From positions 56,234,001-56,298,000 of the forward strand of contig OX597828.1 in assembly GCA_951406725.2 (NCBI GenBank): a stretch of 64,000 bases of DNA, written 5' to 3'. This document shows, piece by piece, positions 27,381 through 42,928 of the stretch; within the stretch, counting starts at the first letter, position 1, and each line of letters begins with the position of its first letter. A program made the translations under genes and the position numbers. A model generated the notes under the pieces. That model was not told the DNA's origin, ran no database searches, and saw nothing but the letters and a program-made list of their open reading frames with translations. Source of the DNA: Octopus vulgaris (lineage: Eukaryota).

Positions 27381-27653
27381 TTGTGTCTGGGGAGAGTCAT
27401 TTTCTTTTTGTACATTATAATATAACACACTCACCGCTAGAATATCCACATTTTTCTTTTTTTTATTTTCTTAAAATTTTCGTTGCGTCTTGCAAACTTT
27501 TCAATAGTTTTGAAAATAGAGTCAAAAATTTAGAAAAGTTTGCAAGACGCAACGAAAATTTTAAGAAAATAAAAAAAAGGAAAAAGTGGATATTTTAGCG
27601 GTGAGTGTGTTATATTATAAGGCACAAAAAGAAATGACTCTCCCCAGACACAA
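27381..27653. mobile_element. Palindromic (fold-back/MITE-like) element with about 120-bp arms
   Basis: TTGTGTCTGGGGAGAGTCATTT...TTGCAAACTTTTC is mirrored by GAAAAGTTTGCAA...AAATGACTCTCCCCAGACACAA. Confidence 0.9.
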
Positions 27654-28024
27654 CAGAATATGCTTCAACACACGAACTCATATAAAGAATCTTGCAAACC
27701 CAATCCAAAAACTAAATGTTCATTAATCCATTAATCGCAATCCCAAATGTTACCTCAAAGGTATATACTTACCAACATATTTCGATAATAAAAATTTCAG
27801 AAAGAATGTTCTAAGAATTTTGAAAACGTAATGCTTCTGCATTGAAAAGAGAACACTTAACTAATCACACGAGTCAATATTATGTAATACCTAATTAAAA
27901 TACATTTCGGCCACATTTACCCTGTTGCAACCACACGTTAGATGCGTAATACAAAAAATTGTTATAAAACGTATATCAATTAACTCTACTTATTTTCCAC
28001 CTGTCTTTTGTTTATGTACATTAG

Positions 28025-28062
28025 AAACTGGATGAAGACACAATAAATACAATTTGTAAGAG
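28025..28062 (+). CDS. Candidate 38-nt host exon (KLDEDTINTICK)
   Basis: Long pyrimidine-rich tract ending tacattag, consensus donor AG|gtgagt. Phase 0 is compatible with the 22199-22285 candidate. Confidence 0.3.
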
Positions 28063-28539
28063 GTGAGTTGTTGAGTTTATTATCTTTACATTTCTAAAGT
28101 ACTTTAGTTTAGAGAATTCTAGATACAATATCATATCTGATACAATACATTGTTGATTCGAGAGCCGTGAGAGGTTCACGAGGAACGGCTTTGTCCTCAT
28201 CGATATATATAATATTGCGATACTTCATGTTAATGATCGATATTTCAGTGAAAGTGGAATTTCTTGCATCACTCCTAATTAAGGATTAGAATCCTGTTTT
28301 CGCCCGCGCAGTGTATCTTTGCATTTTGTTTACCTATGTGTGTTTATTTGTGTGTGAGTATGTGTATGGGTATGAACAAAAACGAATTTTGTGGGCGGAC
28401 GAAATTTATAGCTCTCGTATAATACTTCTACTTACATTATCGACACTTACAGGCTTGCAGACCACATCTAAATACTTAATCTCAAGAGCTATTAGCCGAC
28501 TCAGCGCCCCCGTAACACTGGTATACTGCTAGGCAGCCT

Positions 28540-28699
28540 TCATCTTCTTCTTCTTCTGTTTCTTTTTTTTTTTTTCTTCTTCTTCTTCTTCTTCTTCTTC
28601 TTCTTCTTCTTCTTCTTTTTCTTCTTCTTCTTCTTCTTCTTCTCCTCCTCCTCATTCTTCTTCTTCTCCTTCTCATTCTCCTTCTTATTCTTCTTCTAC

Positions 28700-28731
<32 letters not shown>

Positions 28732-28790
28732 CTTCTTCCTTCTTCCTTCTTCTTTTTCTCCTTCTTCTTCCTTTCCTTCTTCCTTTCGGT
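28540..28790. repeat. (TTC)n pyrimidine-rich tract
   Basis: Direct reading. Explains the poly-Arg ORF. Confidence 0.95.
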
Positions 28791-30403
28791 TTCTTTTATG
28801 ATCGATAAAGTAAGTGCCATTAATATGATGAAATTCGATTTAATCTTCAGTAACTTCTAAAATATCTGGTCTTGTGTCATCGAGTAAAAATCAATATTCG
28901 GATTGCTTTCTCTACTCAGTTCTATATAGTATTTCGATTTGTCCTGCTATGATCCCTCTCAAAATTCTGCTGTTATCGATATATTCCTGTGACCGATCTA
29001 GACAAACTGCTGTTATCAAACGTAAGTTCATCCAATCGACTTCCTTGCAAGAAATTGACCTTCTACGTAAGGAACAGAAATCAATTCCAATAATTTGGTG
29101 CTTGCCTCAAGGGCATCAGGAATATTTTACTTCATTACAATACAACGTTATTCATTTCAGAACTTAAATGCGAATTGGCAAGTTCTAAGGCAAGAAGAAG
29201 CATCTGCCGATTTGTATCTCAAGTTTTTTCTTTCAAATCTCATTTAGAGTTATGAATATAATTAAACAAATAATATATGAGTCTAAAACATTCGAAATAA
29301 CGTCAGGGCCCAAAAAATGTTTTCATTATAAATGAACAAGCCAATTAAATTTGTCTATTCCATATGCGCCATTTCTAAAGTTTTCTTTTCAAAAGGATTA
29401 AGAAAATGCGTTCATTTTTCCTGAAATTGGAAATAAAGAAATTCGTAATTGAATATTTTATTTTATCTCTTTGCTTAAATATATTCCATTCATTTGTATG
29501 ATTTCTATATTCCTATTTGTAACATACTCAGTAAATTAACAAGGAATCTTGATGGGATTCAGTATCTGTTCCGGGTTGCTCTAACTACATATCATTTGCA
29601 ACAGGGATGTTCCTGTCGTATTTTGAAATCTAATAAAACCTTTTATTGGGTAAAATACATGACTTTATATGCATATACAAATACTGTTTCCCTTTTGTAA
29701 AGTTAGTAATAAATGTCAAAAATTTCGTAGTTAATTCCTCTTGATTTAAGTATACGATAAGGTTTGGATTCGTTATCGAAAATATTTTCACTTTCGCGTC
29801 TGAATTTGTTGAGAAAGAATTGCTGTTGGAATGTTTTATAACCAGTTTAATACGCTTTGAAGCTCTTCATATTCCAATGCAATTATACTTAACATAAGAA
29901 ACAGCAACTTTCAGCAGTGAACTGTAATTATATATGACATTGTGCAGATAGTTATATTTCATAAATTGTATGATAACCAGCAAGCGTGGCATGACAGAAA
30001 ATGCTTTTTGCATATTGGTACATCTCTGGCCAATAAACGAGGTACTTAAAATACTAATCCACATAGTTGAAAGCACCTACCATGGAAAGAAGCGACTCAA
30101 AGTTGCTGGGTGACATAAACCCCTAAAATTGTTGATTTTTTCTCAGATAATGACACTGTATTTTTATTAACGACCGATAAATTAAGCAAAGCCGCTCCAA
30201 GTAAATTAAGAATGCAAGAATAAGGAAACAGAAGACAGGAAGGAACATGGAACCGTCGTCACTCGTTCTGTAGTATTGCAACTTTCAAGATTAAACTTTA
30301 TAAATTTATGTGAATTATTCCCTGGTCAATATAGATTTGAGTCGAATCGACGACCGATCACGCTAGGTTGCCTGATCGATTGGGAATCGACCATGATATA
30401 TAC

Positions 30404-30635
30404 TCTTTACTCTCTTTTACTCTTTTACTCGTTTCAGTCTTTTGACTGCGGCCATGCTGGAGCACCACCTTTAATCGAGCAACTCGACCCGGGAATTATT
30501 ATTTTGTAGGCCCAGTACGTATTCTATCGGTCTCTTTTGCTGAACCGCTAAGTAACGAGGACATAAATACACCAGTATCGGTTGTCAAGCAAAGCTAGGG
30601 AGACAAACACACTCACACAAACACACACACGCATG

Positions 30636-30677
<42 letters not shown>

Positions 30678-30845
30678 TACGACGGGCTTCTTTCAGTTTC
30701 CGTCTACCAAATCCACTGACAAGGCTTTGGTCGGTCCGAGGCTATAGTAGAAAACACTTGCCCAAGGTGCCACGCACTGGGACTGAACCCGAAACCATGT
30801 GGTTGGTAAACAAGCTACTCACCACACAGCCACTCCTGCGCCTAT
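30404..30845 (-). mobile_element. Full-length SINE family A with internal (CA)n/(TA)n
   Basis: Head GGCGCAGGAGTGGCTGTGTGGTG..GGTTCAGTCCC on minus strand, conserved body, central microsatellite at about 30606-30680, GTAAAAGA-like tail. Confidence 0.92.
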
Positions 30846-32665
30846 GCTGATTCATCTATAATGTGTAGATGAACTCGACGCTTAATTCTTAATCTTTATG
30901 CAACAATGAAATCTTTGGGGTGGATTTTGACACTTCGTTCAAGATTTTTCTTTCTTATAGATATGGCTACACTGATTACACTAAGTATGAGTGTGCATTG
31001 TTTACCAATCTCTGCTATACCATTCGTGCGTGAAGTTGATATTTTTTCTGTGCCTGTGTAGTAGTTAAACTAAGAGTAATGACTTGTATTTGATAGTCTT
31101 TGGTCTTGCTGGCCAGAAGAAAATCTTTACCATTAAATATCTTTCGTTTATCTAGACTTGAATGCAATTCATGCATGGTCGAAGTTGTTGAAAAAATCTG
31201 TAACTAGAACATTTTTAGGATGCGTGTGTCACATAATCTGTAAATGAAACCGTGTAAATAATTTGAAGTGTGAGAAGACTGTATAGACACAAGTTTAAAA
31301 GACAAACTGAGACGGTGAACGTCAAAGAAAAAAGAGCTGATAGATACAAGTTAGAAAGCCTAGAAGTCGGAGGTGAGTTATTTTGTGATTATTATTATAT
31401 TTTGAACACATTATGTATTATGTGATAACGAAAGGATACGATATTTTAATATGCGATCCAAAAGATGTATCGCACATGGTGAGACGTGAGTAATATTTCA
31501 CCCAATTATCGTGATTTAATTAGACAAAGCTAGAAAGAACTTGGATATCTGATAATCTAAGTTCTGGTAAATGAGAGAAGATAGGAAATGGATATAAATG
31601 CCGTTATAAGTGAAATGATAGCAAATAAAAACAACAAAATATAGTATGGAATTGCATGATTGTGAAGCGATGGAATAATTTAATTATTATATAAGAATTA
31701 TTTGATAAAAATAATATTAAGGAAGGTTTTTCACAAATAAAAAGAAATAAACATGTCGAATTACAAATAGCATCAGCGACTTTAGTACTATTAGATTTTC
31801 TGGGGATACATGAAAACATAAGATAGGATAACATAAGTACTTGTTTAGAAGAACACAAATAATTTCAAGCACGCATTATTGGAGCCAAAAATGGGAAAAA
31901 AATTGATAAGTTGAAGATATGAAATATTTATATGAAAATGTGTTGCATTCCATGCAAAAACATGTAACTACGAAGTTTGAACGAAATTTATGGGATTTTA
32001 CGAACATGGAAAAACTTCTGCTAGTTATTTAATAATAATACAAAACTGGAATGCCGCAATGTTATTATCAGTCCTTATATGCTTGATGCATGTTCGAACT
32101 GAGGAACAAGCTGCTAACTGCATTTTGTCACTGAGTATATTTCATGTTTGCTGAAAAATGATGTGTATGAACATTGATCAGCTCGCAGCGCTATGTACCT
32201 AGCTGGTGAGATGATTTTATTTCGGAGTATTTATCACCTCATCGGTCGCAGACACTAAGCGGACGACATTACGAGCAGAATTAAGTGATTACCTCTCCTA
32301 TGCTTTTCCGGTCAGCGCTACACGGCCGCTCACGGTAATAAATTACCGTGGGCGAGTGCCAAGTAATAATTTAAATTGCAATGTCGTTATCAACCTGAAA
32401 ATGCTTATTCTCCAGTTCGAACGTGCCTCAAGCATATTCGGGCTAATAATAAGATAGTAATTTTACTGTAAGGACAGTTTCTGTAAAGACTGGAAAGGTT
32501 AATCGTGCAGTACAGCAGTATTGCCGCTTGTCTATAACAAATGAGACAAATACAGCACGGGAAACAATAGACGGTTGAGGAGTGGCTTGCTTAGAAACAT
32601 CGAAGGATAGCCAAGGACATTGCTGGAAGACACGAGGAAAGGTCAACTAACATTTTCCATTGGTC

Positions 32666-32696
<31 letters not shown>

Positions 32697-32786
32697 TTCT
32701 GAATGTGCATACCTACACGCATAGACACAGACAAACACACGCATACACACACATACACACATGTATGTAATTAATAAATACATACA

Positions 32787-34038
<1,252 letters not shown>

Positions 34039-34530
34039 GTAGATATATAGATATCCATGTATATATGTATCCATTATTTATATACATGCCAACACCTAGC
34101 TACACACAACCATGCACCCTTCCCCATATATACAGAGAGAGAGAGAGAGAGAGGGAATGAGATGTTGAAAGGAACATAGATAAGTAGGTATATAGTCTCC
34201 GTTCATTCTCAATCTCTCTTTCACTTTCTCTGTTTATATCAAGCTAAATCTCTTTCAAATGGACTCTTAACATTGTTTCATCTTTTAGCTAGCATTTCCC
34301 TCCGACCACCGAACCCTTATCTTTTCCCTCCTCGTGAACCTTGGTGTAAAACAGGCATTTAAATTCCGAGCAACATTATGCTTCTTGACCCCCAACCATT
34401 TATTTCACTGCCCATAGTTGATAAAAAACTGATCGTAATTTAACAGTTCGTATATTTCCTATTTATATATGCTTAAATCAACTCACATCACCACTGGCCG
34501 GTACTTAAAAAACACGAACACATTAATAAT

Positions 34531-34746
34531 CTTTTACCCTTTTACTTGTTTCAGTCATTTGACTGTAGTATGCTGGACCACCGCCTTTTTAGCCGAGCAA
34601 ATCTACTCCAGGACTTATTCTTTGTAAGCCTACTACTTATTCTATCGGTCTCTTTTGCCGAACCGCGACGTACGGAGACGTAAACACACCAGCATCGGTT
34701 GGGGGGATACAAACACAGACACACAAACATATACACACATGCATAT

Positions 34747-34780
<34 letters not shown>

Positions 34781-34950
34781 ATACTCATATACATATATAC
34801 CACAGTCGTCTTTCAGTTTCTGTCTACCAAGTCTACTCACAAGGCTTCGGTCGGCCCGAGGCTATAGTAGAAGGCACTTGCCCAAGGTGCCACTCAGTGA
34901 GACAGAACCTGGAACCATGTGGTTCGTAAGCAAGCTACTTACCACTGAGG
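34531..34950 (-). mobile_element. Full-length SINE family A
   Basis: Collinear with 30404-30845, including the central microsatellite. Confidence 0.9.
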
Positions 34951-35449
34951 CACATTATCAAAAAACATATCTACTCGTTTCCGTTTAAAAAAAAACAAGA
35001 ATAATAAAACTTCGGCTACTCCACCTACTCGGGTATGAATAGTGTGGTTACTACATTTTTAGAAGGTCGCCTCCAGGTTACGAGCACCATGTTGTATATC
35101 AATACCTGCATGTAGACTGAAATCGATGTATGTACATAACTATTTGTGTGTGTGCTCGCAAACACACTCTCCCTCACACACACACACATTCACGCAGATA
35201 CACACAATATCTAACTTTAAACTGACAACTATATTTCCAACCTAGCATTTCTTCAGTCATTTCTCCACTCTCAAATACGACGTTGAGCTAGAAAGCACAC
35301 AGGCTTATTATGAAGGACTGATGTTATAGCAGTGATATCTTGCATGTATTTATTTCTATACATTTTATTAATAACTGCCTTGTTGATTTGCAGGTAAACT
35401 GATATCTGATTGTTCAAAGAAGAATTCAAGTGTAACTAGTATTGATTTC

Positions 35450-36520
35450 TATTGAAACTGGACAAACTTGGACATCGTAGAATCACAACACACCTGCATA
35501 AAAAACGCTCTATCCCCCAAGGATACTCTACCCATGCTGACATAACAGAAACATTAGGGTGTGTTGTTCCAGCTTTATCAACAGAGCAAAAGTGAGCAAC
35601 TGAATTTTGAAGGGGCAGGGACAATCTTGAAAATGGTCCAAGATCTGGAAGTTGTGCAATTGTCACCATCGAGGAATATATTGTCCGTGTTCACCACATA
35701 GTGGTGTATGACAGGCGATTGGTTATAAATCCAATAACCACTGCTATTATATTCCACGATAGATTTGAGAATATTCCGCACAATGAACCTAACATGACGA
35801 AGGCTCCTGCTCAGTGAGCTCTGTGTCTTCTGACACCTGATCATTGAAGCTCTTTTTTTAACGCTTCCTAACCCAGTATGTTTGTTCCTTCTCGAGTCAT
35901 GCCTGGCTCATAAGAGCCGGTTTCCCGGTTTCCTTGGCGTATAGGTTCCTCACCTGGACGGGACGCCGGCCCGTCGCAGGTGAGCTGCAAGATGCATGAG
36001 GAAAGAGTGAGAGAAATTTGTGGCGAAACAGTCAGCAGAAGTTCGCCATTACCTTCTGCCGGAGTCGCGTGAAGCTTAGGTGTTTTGCTCAAACACATAC
36101 ATCGCCCAGTCTGAGATTCGAACCCGCGATCTCTCGACCGCGAGTCCACTGCTCTAACCACTAGGCCATGTGCCTCCTATACCCAGTACCCAATATGAAT
36201 GTTGCCTTTGTTTCTTTGAGCCAGAGACAAAGCGACAATCCATTAATTGGAACCATCCATCTCCACCTACTCTATATAAGACCAAGATTTTCTCTGCTGC
36301 AGCGAAGATGATGCACTCTGGTTATTGGGACGCAAAAGGCGGTGTGTTTATTGGCTATATTTAAAAGGCTCACATCTTCAATGGAGAGTATTTTGGCAAC
36401 TTACTGAGGCTGTTACTGACGAAAAGTGATCCTGTTTCATCAGGACAATTCTCCAGCACACAAAGTTACTGTCCGTGATTATATCTTTGAAGTGGTTGAT
36501 CACCGTTCCTATTCTTGCTG
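35450..36520 (+). mobile_element. Decayed mariner transposon interrupted by a SINE
   Basis: HADITETLGCVVPALST..EF*RGRDNLENGPRSG (HTH region), then FFEPETKRQS..W, KMMHSGYWDAKG, LFHQDNSPAH and HRSYS. Confidence 0.85.
35879..36177 (-). mobile_element. Young tRNA-derived SINE family D with V-domain-like core and target-site duplication
   Basis: A box TGGCCTAGTGG, B box GGTTCGAATCT, core CCTGCGACGGGCCGGCGTCCCGTCCAGG. ACCCAGTA is repeated at 35871-35878 and 36181-36188. Confidence 0.88.
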
Positions 36521-39329
36521 AAGGTCACAACACGCCGTTAGGATTCGAACTAATAACCTTACGATCATTAGCCAAATAGGCGCCTTCACACGTGTGACAG
36601 GTTCTAATTAACCTCTGCACAGTTTTTGACTTTCCCCACCATTTAACATAATTTGCACACATACGTGAGTACGTATCATGGTGCTTGCATAGGAGTACTG
36701 AAAGGTTCTTGATATTCAGGGTATTACAAAAGGCCTAGTTGGCGGCCCAAACTTCCAAATTCTTTCACAAGTTATAGAAAAGCTGAAGATTGCTGCAATA
36801 AGCGTGTGAATCTGAAAGGCAAATATGTTGAATAAAATCATAATTAAGTGATCCTCCTGTACTTTCGTTTACCCAAAGCCAGGACCTTTTAGCACCGTCT
36901 GGCAAATAGGTACATATACATTTATACATATCTATCAATTTATGCATCAACTATATGTATATATGTGCATTTTTAGAGTATTTTATTTTCTTACGTTTTA
37001 CGTTATCAGGGTTATCCTTTGTATTTCCTTACTATAGCGATTAAATACATACACTTACCAATACAGTCATGACTTACCGAATACGGAGGTATTTCAAAAC
37101 TATTTGAGCATGTGTGTGTGTGTCTGTGTGTATTTGTTATGTAGATAGTTATGTAAATGGAAAGATAGACAGACAGATAGATAGATAGAAACATACATAC
37201 ATATATAATAAAGATATATTTTTCCAACACGTAAACACTGAACAGTATATATAAAGGATTATATACTTTTAAGAGCAGAAAAAAATTATCGGCAACCAGC
37301 TATGCGGATCGAACTCACATCCCTCTTTTATCTGTTAGAGTGCTCTACCCTTTAAGCAAAAACTTCTGCAATTTTAGAAGTTATAAAGTCAGCCAAAAAC
37401 GCTAGATGTCATATAGGTTACATACATAAATTTAAGTCACAATATATAGATTCAACTAATACGGTGTTATTAATAATCAGAAATTCGTTATTGCATCATT
37501 CTACAAAAACAAAACAGAATATATAGTACGATACAAAAGAAATAGCATAAAGAGTGTAGAAGCTTATAAATTAAGAGGGAAATAAACTATGGTCAAATTT
37601 ATTTTACCATTGTATACACTTAATAACAACTGAAATTTCCCGGATTTTTGTTTATTTCTCTCTAAACTCTCTTTCTTCGAAATTGAATATAGGTGGCAGC
37701 ACTAACAGCTGCCAGTCAGATTTCCCTTTTATAACTCAAAAGCTTCTATTAGAATTACATTTTAATTTAGGTCCCTAACTATCCTCCACAGGATTGTATT
37801 TATAGAAAAATATGTCCATCCAATCTTATTTGCGTATCCTGTTCCCTCGTAATTCAACATTTTCGACGCCCACATAACTTCAAGTTAACCATTTCCCCAT
37901 AATCACCACCTCCTACGCGCTCTTCCAACTGTTTCCTGTTAACACTTCCGCCAATCTTTGTTTTACTCATTAACCTCTATCATCACCACACTACACTGTC
38001 CAGAGAACTGTTAGCATTGCACTCATACAATTATATTCTTTCTAACACTATATTTTCTTGATCTTTTTAATGCTTTATTTCTCTCTGATTTTCTGTCTCG
38101 TATATTCGCAGCACCAATTTCAAACTCTTAAGTCTAAAACAAAAGTCTGTCACCGTCGAAGCACATCAGATTTATCTTATCTCTGCGTCATTCATCTTAA
38201 TAAAAACACATTTATAGACAATTATTGATCAATCAAACTCATAACAAAAAAGAAAATGAGAAAGGAAAGAAAAGCAATTCTATTCAAATCTTTCATATAA
38301 GACATGCGAAAACTGTAGTATAATATCTACAGAATGAAAATTTCTTCTGTTAAGGAGACTCAATGATGACAATTGCTACTGGCTGTCTACAGTCTTGAGT
38401 ACTAACATTTTTACCTACTTTTACCCCTTTTTCTTTCTTTTTTTAATATTTTTCATGATATTTTATCTCAGAAGCAATTCTTGAAAGGAAACGCAGTAAT
38501 TTTTACATTATCGTCTGACTTTTTTCTGCAACTCTATCGATCTTCAATGAATGTTAGAAAATGTTAATGCTAGAAACGAACGATACTAAAAATCCGTTTT
38601 TACCTTCGACATATTGTTAATGCAGTTGCTTAACCCAAGGTTACCTCCCGCTGCAAGCATATCTATAATGTAGAACCGCTGACCCAGTGCTCACTTATTG
38701 ATTGATTCGGTTACCTTTTTTTTTTCTTTTTCTAATCTGATATTTTATGTTCAGTGGGAGATTTCGGTGTCAGACGCAACCATCCAAATACTTTCGTGAC
38801 TGAGCATTTTATATATTTTATACTGACCTTTCAATTTCTAGTGTGATATTTCGCATAAATATATACAATACCATTATTTATAAAAGGTTCAATTGGCATT
38901 AGAAAGTTTCTGCGAGACTTGATAATCAATTATCTGCAATCTGAAAGCTTTTCAACCTTCAATGTCTCCTCAAAAGAGGCGAAAGCAAAACGCCAGAAAA
39001 CACACAATCCGGTTTCTTTTTAACCCATTAAATCCCAGCGGTGCCATGCGGTACCGCAAAAATTGGGTACAAAACAAAAATTATAACAATTAGAGGAACA
39101 GTAATTTCCGTGGAACATATATCAAATATGTTAGGAATGGTCCTTGCCTCAATATATGCTGCAACAGTTTAGAACCTATGCGACAATGGGAGAGTGAGCA
39201 TGTGTGCTTGTCAGTTAATGAATTCGAAGTCGATAAAATACGAACCAGTTAACGAGCTAAACACTTGAGTTAAGTTAAGCGACTCAATGCATCTCACGAA
39301 TGTGTTGGCTTTTTCCAAAAATTTCATAC

Positions 39330-40100
39330 ATGCTGGGCTAAATTCTAAGCGACATTTTGTTCGTCTTTGCGTTCTGAGATGATTTCAGCAAGAATATACT
39401 AAGTACCAATTATATATTAGGCCCGATGTAATCACAATTTTAGGTCAGAGGCCTTTACTAGGAAAGAGGCAGTCTTGTTAGTGCGTCGGATAAAATGTTT
39501 AAAGGCATTTCTTCGGACGACTTACGTACTTATCTTACATCTTGCAGAGGTGAACACTTTGTCTTTCAATTCTCAATTGATAAAATAAGTATCTATTCTG
39601 GTCTGGTGTCCATGTAATCATCCTCTCCTTCCCTTGACAATTGTTGATCTTGTACCAAACAACTAGAGAAAATTTATTCTCACATTAGCAGGTCGGTGAG
39701 ATGGCTGTATCGGTAGCGCATAGGAAAAATTCATGATGGCATTTTTTTAGCTCTTAACAGCCTGAGATCAAATATGTCGAGCTCAACTTTGAAGTTGGTA
39801 GAATTAGGGAATGGGCTATTTACCAAAAATTATTGCCCATGCGAAACAATCAGGAGCGCGGTACTAATAACAAAAAGTCAGCGGATGAATAGAACCATGA
39901 GAGCGTCATTCAAAAATGCCTAGCCATATTCTTTCCGATTTATTACGTTCTGAGTTCAAATTCTGCTGGGGTCGAATTTGACTGTTATCATTTTGAGGTC
40001 GATAAAATAAATTATTATCTACTACTTGGGGTGTATGTAATAAACCCATACCCATCCGCTTAAAATCGCAATGTTTGTAAAATATGTGGAATTATTATTA
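39330..40100 (+). mobile_element. Cluster of about four old SINE family B copies
   Basis: Repeated diverged ...ACGTTCTGAGTTCAAATT...GTCGATAAAATAA...ATGTAATC segments, the reverse complement of the 11495-12266 copies. Confidence 0.65.
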
Positions 40101-40879
40101 TTAACGAATTTGCTTTTGCGGGGCGAAATAGCTAATGTAGATGTCGATACAACGTAAAAGATTTATGATAAACAAAGCAACTCCTGTAGACTCGATTCCA
40201 GACAAACTCATCCATTAAATAGAATGGTTTATAAATCTCAGTAACAAAATACATAGTGTTTACTAAGAATTTAGTTACACAGAAATTCATGGTTAAGAAA
40301 AATAAGAACATATATAATTATTCGGTTAGGAGAAGTCAAGTCGGGTTAAATAAGCTATTCAGAAGACACGATGTTATTTACTTCAAATTCAGATTTATCT
40401 ATCCTGTGGGGATAAAAATATTTGTAAAGTTCAGTGATAGTATATTATAGTGAATATTGTTGTAGTTCATTCATTTTTGTTTAGATTGTAATAAATTTGA
40501 TATGTAAAATAAAGATGGCTGCTTAGAGATCCAAAGACAGAAGAAATAAAGAGTAAAAACAAATAATATTACCTGTGAGTGAGTTCTTTCTCATGAGTAT
40601 CCTTAAATAACGTTTTATTCCAAACCGAATATCTAAGTTTAAAATAACCAAAACATTTGTTTTCTTCTCTAATGGTATGATGCAAATACTGTTACCCCAA
40701 ATTCACACATAAATCTTTCTACATATCGCTGCATGTATGCTTCGCAAACACGTGGTTTCAGGTTCCGTCCTACTGGCAGTAACTTGAGCAATTGTCCTGT
40801 ATCATAAGACTCACTCAGTCACTGACACTTGATCGAATTTGGTTGCCGAAACCTGTGTGGAATCCGGCCGTAAATACAT

Positions 40880-41694
40880 ACAGGTTGCGATGGGTACATT
40901 GTCGCCATTTTATGTTTTTAATTACGAGCAGGTGCGTTGTTTGTCTTTTATTTTGTCGACTACACATTGCAGTAGCGTCAGATGGGCACCGTCTCCGAGA
41001 AAAACAACGCAATGACGCAATTCCCTGTACTAGGAATTTGGAAACGATATGCTGTATTACTTGGCATTTGCGGAGAAAGCTCCAATACGAACATTTCAGA
41101 GTGTTTGGGTGTGAATCGGAGGACGGGTACAGAGAGTGATGAAAATGAAATACCCAGTCAACATCTTGAAGTTTGGTGTGATCACTAGCGTTGGCGACGC
41201 TATGCCTCCAATCATCTTCCCACACGACCTCAGACTCAATACGGAGGCCTACATGGAATGCCTAGATGAGGTAGCGCTACCTTGCTTCATAAGGGTGGTT
41301 GGTGGAAGGCCCTGCACCATGCCACATAGGCAGCAGAACCTAGTTATGGCTTTCAGACAATTTCTGCGACCTCATCAGCATTAAAATCTGGCCACCTACC
41401 TCCCCAGACTGCAATCCCGTTGATTGTTATGTCTGGGAGCAGTTGAGCAAGAGACCAACGAAACTGCTTGTAACATCAAAGATGAACTAAAGGCCAGGAT
41501 TATGGCAGCATTTAACTAAGAGACCGTCCAGAGGCGTTGTAGGAGATTCCAAAGTTGTCTGGAGGCCATGGTTGAAACGGTTGGCGATTTTAATGAATAA
41601 ATTCATTCTTTCTAAAATTTGTGTTGTACTTCTGGTAAATATATCTATAAAATTATGATGTCAGTCTTATTTTCATTTTTGCGTAATTTTGACG

Positions 41695-41697
<3 letters not shown>
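40880..41697 (+). mobile_element. Internally deleted Tc1/mariner-superfamily element, maT (DD37D)-like
   Basis: KYPVNILKFGVITSVGDAMPPIIFPHDLRLNTEAYMECL and IWPPTSPDCNPVDCYVW...ETNETACNIKDELKARIMAAF. Ends at (TA)n. Confidence 0.8.
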
Positions 41698-41765
<68 letters not shown>

Positions 41766-41770
41766 GTATG

Positions 41771-41803
<33 letters not shown>

Positions 41804-42109
41804 ATGTGTGTATGTGTGTATGTGTGTGTGTGCGTGTGTGTGTGTGTGCGTATGTACGATTCTACATTTGACCGCAGTGTTATATTTATAATGCTTTATT
41901 AAGGCTAATCACTCTACACTTGACTGTTGCATCTATATCGTTTTATTAAGTGACAGGTACAACATTTCATAAGTCTTATTTTGGCATAGCATGTATTGGT
42001 TTTGAGCAAACTTCCTGGACCCTGCTAGATTAGGATGAAAATTTCCGATCGCCGTTTAAGTTGGCGGCATTTATGACTTTGTATCCATCGAATACATAAC
42101 TTTCTTAGT

Positions 42110-42405
<296 letters not shown>

Positions 42406-42928
42406 TCGATAATAGGTTAATGTTTTCTATTGGAACTATTATAAAAATCATATGAATTAGCTATTTTGAGGGTAATTGATCTCCATCAAAATGGATTGAA
42501 TTATAGCGTGCGCCAATTCGCCATCATGAAATATCCAATTAGTCATTATTAATTATTAGTTGTTTAATAATGACTATCGCTCGAAAACGTATGAATGCAA
42601 TATTCCATGCACTAACAAAGATTTTGCTCTAAAACCTACTACTTATCGCCATAAATTATCCTCTACTCAAGGAGTCAGATATCAAAATAACCATGCATAT
42701 CATAAAAATTATTAATGATGCTAATTACTATATAGTGATATATAGACTATACTTTGCTCACAAAATGTTTGAAATTGTTTGTATTTTCGTAAATTAATTA
42801 CTGAATATTTTTAGGAATTTACTACGTGTTCTATGTAGAGATGTTGAGTGTATTATTCCTTACAAATTATTTCCCAGCTGTAGGAAATTTCCGAAATAGT
42901 ATTTATTTGGATTACGTCCAGATACCTA

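Noticed and set aside
28482-28820. Protamine-like poly-Arg ORF
   Set aside because: Product of a (GAA)n tract with no other gene evidence.
36105-36177. tRNA gene (also 22802-22870)
   Set aside because: A and B boxes are present but continue into a SINE body. No complete acceptor stem.
39019-39070. piggyBac-like end TTAA-CCC
   Set aside because: No matching second terminus or transposase found.
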